Shown here in pieces: positions 21,892-28,016 of a stretch of 28,016 bases of DNA; the first letter of the stretch is position 1; every line of letters starts with the position of its first letter. Source of the stretch: an uncultured virus (IMG/VR IMGVR_UViG_3300048503_000010) (Duplodnaviria > Heunggongvirae > Uroviricota > Caudoviricetes); the IMG/VR virus record IMGVR_UViG_3300048503_000010, positions 62,001 to 90,016 of that record; one strand, written 5' to 3'. The translations under genes were made by a program, and so were the position numbers. The notes beneath the pieces are model-generated. The model saw only the letters and a list, made by a program, of their open reading frames with translations, was not told where the DNA came from and did no database searches.

Positions 21892-24800
21892 TTAATAGAC
21901 CACTGATACTACACCAGCGACTCTGTAAAAATCTCCTACTGCAAGTCCACCTGCTATGGCAAGAGCATTAGTTGAATATAACGGAAGACCAACTACAGCT
22001 AAAGGACTGTTCGGCGTTGTTGTCCCGATGCCGACGTTGCCGTTTAATAACGTCTTCGTTACCGCACTATTTCCCAAAACTACCTGATTGCTTGCCGTTA
22101 CCTGAGCACCGTTACCAAGAGCCATTGAGTTGGTTATTCCGTCTACCGATGAGTTAGCACCATAACCAAGGAAGGTGCTGTTGGTCATTGTTTGTAGTGC
22201 GACATCAGAATTGTAGCCAGCCTGGTACCCCTGCGCGGAGTTTCTGCTGCCTGTCGTGTTGGAGTAAAGGGCACTGACCCCCTGCGCGGAGTTGCTGCTG
22301 CCTGTCGTGTTGGAGTAAAGGGCTCCGGCCCCCTGCGCGGAGTTGCTGCTGCCTGTCGTGTTGAATTGAAGGGCGATGGCCCCCTGCGCAGAGTTGTAGT
22401 AGCCTGTCGTGTTGGATTGAAGGGCGATGGCCCCCTGCGCAGAGTTGTAGTAGCCTGTCGTGTTGGAGTAAAGGGCACTGACCCCCTGCGCAGAGTTGTA
22501 GTAGCCTGTCGTGTTGGAGTAAAGGGCTCCGACCCCCTGCGCAGAGTTGTAGTAGCCTGTCGTGTTGGACTGGAGAGCATTCATACCTACCGCCGTATTA
22601 TATGAACCCGTATATACATTTGTGCCGTCATACACTGAACTCTGTCCACCTCCACCGATGAAGATGTTGTTTCCTGAAGTAGAAGTTGGTTTGAAAGTAG
22701 AAATGAGAGCAGGAGTGCCGTTGGTGTTTACATTGATGTTGCCTGAAACATCCAGCTTTTGACCTGGTGCCGTCGTCCCGATGCCGACGTTGCCCGCCGT
22801 ATGCCCAGTATAATTCCCATCAATCCGTGCGTACTCTGTGTTGTTTTCGTTGAACGTGATCGCGTTTTTATTTGCGTCACTACGAGCGCTTCCACCCAAA
22901 AATATTGATGCGCCAGTTGTCGATGTCGGACCTTCTGCGTTGATGATTAAATACCCCCCAGTCCCATACGTCGTGCCGACGGTCTGGGTCGTGGCATCAA
23001 GGGCGATACCAGACGAACCCTGCTGAAATGTAGTAGTACCGGCGTTGGTAAACGAATTCGCTGCATTAAGCAAGGGAACATTGCTGGCTACAATACCGCT
23101 ATCGGCAATCTGACCCGCTGCACCAGTAAAGCTAACTAAATCTCCATTTGTGGAAGATGTTGGACCCGTAGGAATAGACGCACCACTTCCTGTTAATGAT
23201 TTACCAGCAACTGCACTCACGGCGGGGGTAGCGGTGGTTACCGCCGTCAACTGTCCGGCTGCATTATATGTTAATATGGGAATTGCTGTTGTGCTTCCAA
23301 TGGGTCCAGCCGCTGTAATTGTTCCGCCTTTTACTACAGTGCTTGAACTAGTTCCGGTAGGCAGGTATGCTATACCAACCGTGCCAGACGATATATTGCT
23401 GGCGTTGGCTGCGAAAGTTTCTGCATTGCTCTGCGCTGTAGCTGCTGCTCCACTGGTATCATATACACTCGCGCCAATGGCTGTCTGGATGTTGGCTGAA
23501 GTCGCTGCCGTTATTGCACTAGATGAGGAGAATGCTGCAATATTAGGACTAACTGGAGAACCGCTAAGAGTAACTGTTCCCACAGGAACTGCCCCTCCGT
23601 CGGTGATACTTGTCCCTGAAGTGTTGCCCATAACTGCTAGATGACCAACGGTTGCACCGCTGCCCGGACCCGTGACGGGGTTGGTCAGTGTAGCTTGCTT
23701 TGTCGAGGTTGCTATCGCAGACCATGAATCGAGATTTGCGCTATGAGCTTCAGTGTTTGTCCCGATGACAAGCCCTAGCGTTGTTGGTGTGACCGCTGCC
23801 GCCGCACCCGATACATCTGCTCCAATAGCCGCTGGCGTGATCGTAGCCGTGGTCACAGCAGTCAACTGCCCTGCCGCATTGTAAGTAATTACCGGCACAA
23901 CTGATGGGCTTCCGGTTGGACCACCCGCTGCAATCACCCCGCCTTGTGCTGCCGTGCCACTCGTAGTGCCAAAGCCGGGGAAAGACGTAGGAACTACTCC
24001 ACCGTCTGCTATCACGTCGCCCGAAGTAGCATTTATTATTGCCAAATGGCCAACCGTCGCGCCGCTGCCCGGTCCTGTAACTGGGTTAGTAAGTGCTGTC
24101 TGGAAATAGGATGTTGCCTTTGTGGAAGCAGTTCCAAGAGACAATGCAGTTATGGATGCATTTACAAAAGCATCGGTTGCAAGGTCTGCTGTATTATCAC
24201 CTGTAGTCTGTGTAGCTGCCTTCGTACCAGAGGGTAAAGTTGGCGTTCCACTAAGATTGGATGCTGTGCCTGAAGTATTTGCTGCATTAGCTGGAATATC
24301 CCCACTTATTAATGTAGGCAGTTGAGCATGTGGAAGAGTACCAGTTGTAAGATCAGATGCTGAAACTACAACATTGCTGCTAAGTGCATGACCATTGACC
24401 GTAGTACTAGTTGGAACTCCCCCTAAACCGCTCAGCGTCACCGCCGCCGCCGCACCCGCCACATCAGCCCCTACAGTATGATAATCAATAGTGACCGCCG
24501 CGCTGCCGTTAAAAGTTGTACCCGGAGCCGCACCGCCAGTTGCCGCCGCTGTAAGTGCATCCGTGGTTGTACCACCACCGCCGCTCCCTGTTGGAACTGA
24601 GTAATGTCCAGACTCGTCTAGATAACTGGTTGACGCTCCTGTGTTGATTGGGAGAACATGTGAAGCATCAACATTTAGAGTTAAAGCAGGGGTAGGACCA
24701 CCAGAAGATGAACCTTCAAAACCATTGGCAGTAACAACTGAAACTGCTGTAACCGTGCCAATGCCGCTCGGTAGATCATCAATAACTATTGCGCGTAAAG

Positions 24801-24963
24801 AGGCTACACCCGAACTTCCATTCGGTGTAGCCATAACTTCATTTGCAGTACCAGAAGGCTCAGACACTGTAAGCGCTGCAACTCCAGCATTAACTGTTAC
24901 AGCACTGGCTCCGGGGAAAGTAAAATCGATTTCATTTATTCCGTTCACGTTACATTTTGTCAT
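21892..24963 (-). CDS. Tail fibre / receptor-binding protein
   Basis: Gly/Thr/Ala-rich, duplicated modules, two GNVGIGTT motifs and a NTTG-x-xN-x-A-x-G beta-solenoid repeat. Confidence 0.88.
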   Translation of the reverse strand: MTKCNVNGINEIDFTFPGASAVTVNAGVAALTVSEPSGTANEVMATPNGSSGVASLRAIVIDDLPSGIGTVTAVSVVTANGFEGSSSGGPTPALTLNVDASHVLPINTGASTSYLDESGHYSVPTGSGGGGTTTDALTAAATGGAAPGTTFNGSAAVTIDYHTVGADVAGAAAAVTLSGLGGVPTSTTVNGHALSSNVVVSASDLTTGTLPHAQLPTLISGDIPANAANTSGTASNLSGTPTLPSGTKAATQTTGDNTADLATDAFVNASITALSLGTASTKATSYFQTALTNPVTGPGSGATVGHLAIINATSGDVIADGGVVPTSFPGFGTTSGTAAQGGVIAAGGPTGSPSVVPVITYNAAGQLTAVTTATITPAAIGADVSGAAAAVTPTTLGLVIGTNTEAHSANLDSWSAIATSTKQATLTNPVTGPGSGATVGHLAVMGNTSGTSITDGGAVPVGTVTLSGSPVSPNIAAFSSSSAITAATSANIQTAIGASVYDTSGAAATAQSNAETFAANASNISSGTVGIAYLPTGTSSSTVVKGGTITAAGPIGSTTAIPILTYNAAGQLTAVTTATPAVSAVAGKSLTGSGASIPTGPTSSTNGDLVSFTGAAGQIADSGIVASNVPLLNAANSFTNAGTTTFQQGSSGIALDATTQTVGTTYGTGGYLIINAEGPTSTTGASIFLGGSARSDANKNAITFNENNTEYARIDGNYTGHTAGNVGIGTTAPGQKLDVSGNINVNTNGTPALISTFKPTSTSGNNIFIGGGGQSSVYDGTNVYTGSYNTAVGMNALQSNTTGYYNSAQGVGALYSNTTGYYNSAQGVSALYSNTTGYYNSAQGAIALQSNTTGYYNSAQGAIALQFNTTGSSNSAQGAGALYSNTTGSSNSAQGVSALYSNTTGSRNSAQGYQAGYNSDVALQTMTNSTFLGYGANSSVDGITNSMALGNGAQVTASNQVVLGNSAVTKTLLNGNVGIGTTTPNSPLAVVGLPLYSTNALAIAGGLAVGDFYRVAGVVSVVY
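22228..22570 (-). repeat. Seven near-identical 51-nt coding tandem repeats (17 aa NTTGYYNSAQGVGALYS)
   Basis: GCCTGTCGTGTT ends at 22260, 22311, 22362, 22413, 22464, 22515 and 22566. Confidence 0.95.
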
Positions 24964-25003
24964 TTTACAATCCCCGGTCTACCTGTGAAATCCTGAAAAA
25001 TTA

Positions 25004-25760
25004 TTACTGCATCCCATAAAGAGTCGCTGTCGTTCCTGCCACAAAATTGCTGCCGCTAGCTAGCACAAGCGCAATACTGGTGATTGCATCCGTGCTGTTC
25101 CAATCCGCGGAAACTAGCGTTGGTTGCAAAACTGAGCCCGCACTCCAATAGTGCTGATTGCACATTATCTCTTTGTAGAACGCTGTCCCTGTGCATACGA
25201 CAAAATTAAGCACGTTTCCACACCCCGCTTTTCCTGTTACTGCCACATTATTAAGTGTAGCAACAATCAGATAATCTTGAGCAGCTAGCTGTGAACTTAC
25301 CGCAGCACTTCCAGTGCCCACAAGAAATGTCATATCATAATCAGCACTGCTATCGGCATTGAAGGTTGCATGAACATCATCCGTGTGTACTGGTACGTTA
25401 GAACTGCTCTGTCCGTTGATAATAAGTTGCAGGTTAGTATAGCTTCCCGGTATAGCATTGAAAGCAATACTTGGGACAGGAGAACCAACCACAACCTGCC
25501 CGATCTGTGTCAATGCTCCGCTACCCCCGCCGCCAACGGCTGAAATCACTCCACCGCTTGTAACTGTAATTGTTGTCCCATCAGGCTCTACCACACCCAA
25601 TGCGGAATCAGTCGCTATTGGTGGATTTGCAGAAGCAGCCAGTTCCCAACCGTTTCTTGTTGAGACATACAACTGATTTGCTAGAAATATCTACTCCTAA
25701 TGCTCCAATACCATGAGCACCACTATTAGGCGGTCCATAAAAAATCTTATCAAATGACAT
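25004..25760 (-). CDS. Tail-fibre-associated protein interrupted by a +1 frameshift near 25686
   Basis: An SD-led ORF from ATG 25760 (MSFDKIFYGPP...GALGVDI) joins the 25004-25672 frame (LANQLYVSTRNGW...) if one base is removed. Confidence 0.7.
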
Positions 25761-25771
25761 TTTTTTTCTCC

Positions 25772-26413
25772 TTACATATTGTTAGAATTAATTAAATACC
25801 AGTTAGTATCCGCTAAATTGTACGTCCACTTATAACAACTATGCGTGTTTGCCGTGAGTGTGACACTAAATGTCCCTAATAGGTTACCAGCAACTGCTAC
25901 AGCGTGTCCGGTAACATCTTGCTGCCAGAGTATCGTAATCTCCTGCCCATCTGTCGGGTTGGTTATACTCATGCTTGTTATAGGTGCAGTCACGTTAACA
26001 AAGAAGCTGTTGCCAAGGCTACAATCAAGGATAAGAGAGCCGGAAATCGCCGCCGCTGCCTGAACCTCAAGAACCCCCGCCGTATTTGCAAGGGTAATTG
26101 TGGTGGTCCCATTATTCGCGGTGCAAAGAAACGTACCGTTATTTGCAGGAGTGGCTACGAAACCGGAAACTGTGAAAAGCAATCCTACTAAACTGTTTAC
26201 AGGAACAACAATTGTCCCTGTATAAACCGTGGAGCCTCCCCCCGCAGTCGCAGCAGCCGACAGCACATATGACTTCACAACCGGAGCAGTTATAATCTTG
26301 TTTGAAGCAAGACCAACATATGCACTGACATTTCCACTGCCATCTTCCTGAAAATTTACATTTGTTCCTCCAGTTGGGGGAGCAGGAAGATTATTGTTCA
26401 AATTTATAGACAT
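25772..26413 (-). CDS. Tail/virion structural protein
   Basis: Beta-rich; C-terminal LDCSLGNSF...NPTDGQ...WQQDxTG module typical of fibre proteins. Confidence 0.7.
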   Translation of the reverse strand: MSINLNNNLPAPPTGGTNVNFQEDGSGNVSAYVGLASNKIITAPVVKSYVLSAAATAGGGSTVYTGTIVVPVNSLVGLLFTVSGFVATPANNGTFLCTANNGTTTITLANTAGVLEVQAAAAISGSLILDCSLGNSFFVNVTAPITSMSITNPTDGQEITILWQQDVTGHAVAVAGNLLGTFSVTLTANTHSCYKWTYNLADTNWYLINSNNM

Positions 26414-26415
26414 AC

Positions 26416-26694
26416 TTAAACTCCATTTACTAGAACAGGCTTCACTACATTCACACTAATATTAGGGTCATCCGAGATTGCAACACCATTGCATAAAATC
26501 TGCGCCTCCAAAACAGGAACCCATGAATTTTCGTCCGCACTATATTGTAATACTTGCCCTGAGTATAACCCCGCATTCGCAACAGGAGTTCCCTGTAACC
26601 CAACAACTCTCACTGTAGGAGAACCTGCCGTTGAAGTCGCATCACCTGTGATTGGGTATACTCCCCCACCCGGACTTATACATTCGCGGTTCAT
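26416..26694 (-). CDS. Small tail-associated protein
   Basis: GDAT...PTVxVVGLQGxPV...GQVLQY...WVP fibre-type motif; AAGGAG SD. Confidence 0.7.
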   Translation of the reverse strand: MNRECISPGGGVYPITGDATSTAGSPTVRVVGLQGTPVANAGLYSGQVLQYSADENSWVPVLEAQILCNGVAISDDPNISVNVVKPVLVNGV

Positions 26695-26703
26695 AAATTC
26701 TCC

Positions 26704-27441
26704 TTAACTAGTTGCCAATGGCACGTATGAAATACCCACTGTAATATTGTCGGTAGTTATATCTAAATTTGTGATAGTAACATATACCCTTGCAGTCACA
26801 GGAGACTCCCCGTTAGCGCCCGCACGGTCCTGAAATGTCCAAGCATAAGGAGAGGTATCTAATACCACATCAGTGATAATGTTCTGAGTAGAGCCTGCTG
26901 GTGGAGTAACATCTAGACCTCTATATAAATCCCCAAGCTGAGCGACCCGTGAACCATATATTTGAATACGACATGGAGCACTTGCGGTCAGTCCCAAAAG
27001 CTGGAATGACTTACTGAGTGTAATGGACCCAGAAAACTTACCTCCGGGTCCAAGACTGGCTGCAACAAGGGATGCCTGTGTTACAGTAATTCCCGTTGTG
27101 CTGCCTCCGCTTCCCCCACTAGAACTTCCCCCACCTGAACCACTCGAACTATTCGAAATATTCGAATAGTTGTTAGTAACATATGTACCACTTCCACTTA
27201 CTGGTGCAGGAGGAGTAAAAAATCTAGTCTGTGAAGTAGAACTTCCTTTATAAAACTGCCTCTGAGAATCAGGGTCAGTTTGACCAAGAGAAGGCAACGG
27301 GCATCTCATAAAAGGGTTTATTCCCGGCTCCACGCTTACAGATGGAGCCGGTATACCCATAGAAGGAGAAGCCTCATTGGTAACTGGGGTATAATTACTC
27401 ATATCTAAATTTTTAGTGCTAGATTCCTGTAATGTTGGCAT
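26704..27441 (-). CDS. Virion structural protein with a Ser/Gly linker
   Basis: 245 aa, two domains joined by SSSGSGGGSSSGGSGG; lies in the tail module. Confidence 0.7.
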   Translation of the reverse strand: MPTLQESSTKNLDMSNYTPVTNEASPSMGIPAPSVSVEPGINPFMRCPLPSLGQTDPDSQRQFYKGSSTSQTRFFTPPAPVSGSGTYVTNNYSNISNSSSGSGGGSSSGGSGGSTTGITVTQASLVAASLGPGGKFSGSITLSKSFQLLGLTASAPCRIQIYGSRVAQLGDLYRGLDVTPPAGSTQNIITDVVLDTSPYAWTFQDRAGANGESPVTARVYVTITNLDITTDNITVGISYVPLATS

Positions 27442-27454
27442 TTATATACCCCTA

Positions 27455-28016
27455 TTATAATTCTTGCGAAAAAGTGCCAAAAATGGTTGTTGAAAGCAAC
27501 TCATTGGCCACTGTATCATACGGAGAAAATATGATTTGCAACTGGCAATGGCGCATCGCCGCCGTCTCATCTTTTAACTCGGACAAATAGAAACGCTGAC
27601 TGTACAAAGAACTACTTGGTTTTAAGTTTGGAGGATCGTTTACCCATACCTTCAGAATATCAATTGGTCCTGTATAATAAGGTAAACACTCGTCTACAAG
27701 AAGTCCAATCACAAGAGGAGAACCAACCTTTATAGACTCTGTTGTAATAAAAGCTACTTCAGCAATCTGACCCGGTTGGGCCAATACCACTGAACCAATA
27801 GTAGCATATGCAGGGTATGATGTGCCACTATCGGAATATACCGTTAAATCTCTCTGTGTGATACTTCCTGTACCGGTAGGTCCAACTAAAAGACGATGAA
27901 CTCCCGGAGTCACTTCAACGCTTTGGATAGCTCCCGCTCCTCCTGTGATAATAGAATAAGGCGACCATGTGTTTCCGCTTTCAGGAGCCGGTGTACTCTG
28001 CGTTGATACCACTGCT
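27455..28016 (-). CDS. 3' part of a probable tail nozzle/stabilisation protein (partial at window edge)
   Basis: Open frame runs to the window end; beta-rich C-terminus (RHCQLQIIF...ELLSTTIFG); position upstream of the fibre genes. Confidence 0.55.
   Translation of the reverse strand, partial: AVVSTQSTPAPESGNTWSPYSIITGGAGAIQSVEVTPGVHRLLVGPTGTGSITQRDLTVYSDSGTSYPAYATIGSVVLAQPGQIAEVAFITTESIKVGSPLVIGLLVDECLPYYTGPIDILKVWVNDPPNLKPSSSLYSQRFYLSELKDETAAMRHCQLQIIFSPYDTVANELLSTTIFGTFSQEL

Noticed and set aside
22228..22570. CRISPR array or DGR template/variable repeat
   Set aside because: The units are contiguous in-frame 51-nt coding repeats with no unique spacers. Differences are not adenine-specific, and no reverse transcriptase or cas gene is in the window.
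22185..22605. Alternative-frame and antisense ORFs with repeats (PTRQATTTLRRG; LRRVVVACRVG)
   Set aside because: These are shadows of the fibre tandem repeat and have no SD.

Overview
This 28-kb window is a segment of a podovirus-like dsDNA phage genome. The host is probably diderm, and I infer an Acidobacteriota-like host from a PEP-CTERM gene. Two convergent arms meet at a bidirectional terminator near 6540-6597. The + arm (1-6529) carries the 3' end of a protein-kinase-like gene, endonuclease VII, RecA, small hypothetical proteins and MazG. It ends in a cell-envelope trio: a PEP-CTERM protein, a secreted Ser/Thr-rich protein and a YkuD L,D-transpeptidase. The - arm (28016 to 6600) carries tail and tail-fibre genes, a GNAT-like gene and three candidate ejection proteins. 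One of these has an SLT domain, and a 1294-aa one has an internal ART-like plus SAM-lyase-like cassette. The - arm continues with a SleB-like protein lacking its catalytic Glu, holin-like and spanin-like genes, a metallophosphoesterase, a dATP/dGTP diphosphohydrolase, four tRNAs (two with C33), a Tlde1-type L,D-transpeptidase and class II RNR (NrdJ). The best leads are the putative enzyme payload in the ejection protein, the phage PEP-CTERM surface module, the C33 tRNAs, a +1 frameshift in a tail gene, and sigma70 promoters overprinted on gene ends. All family assignments come from motif recognition by eye; no database search was run.
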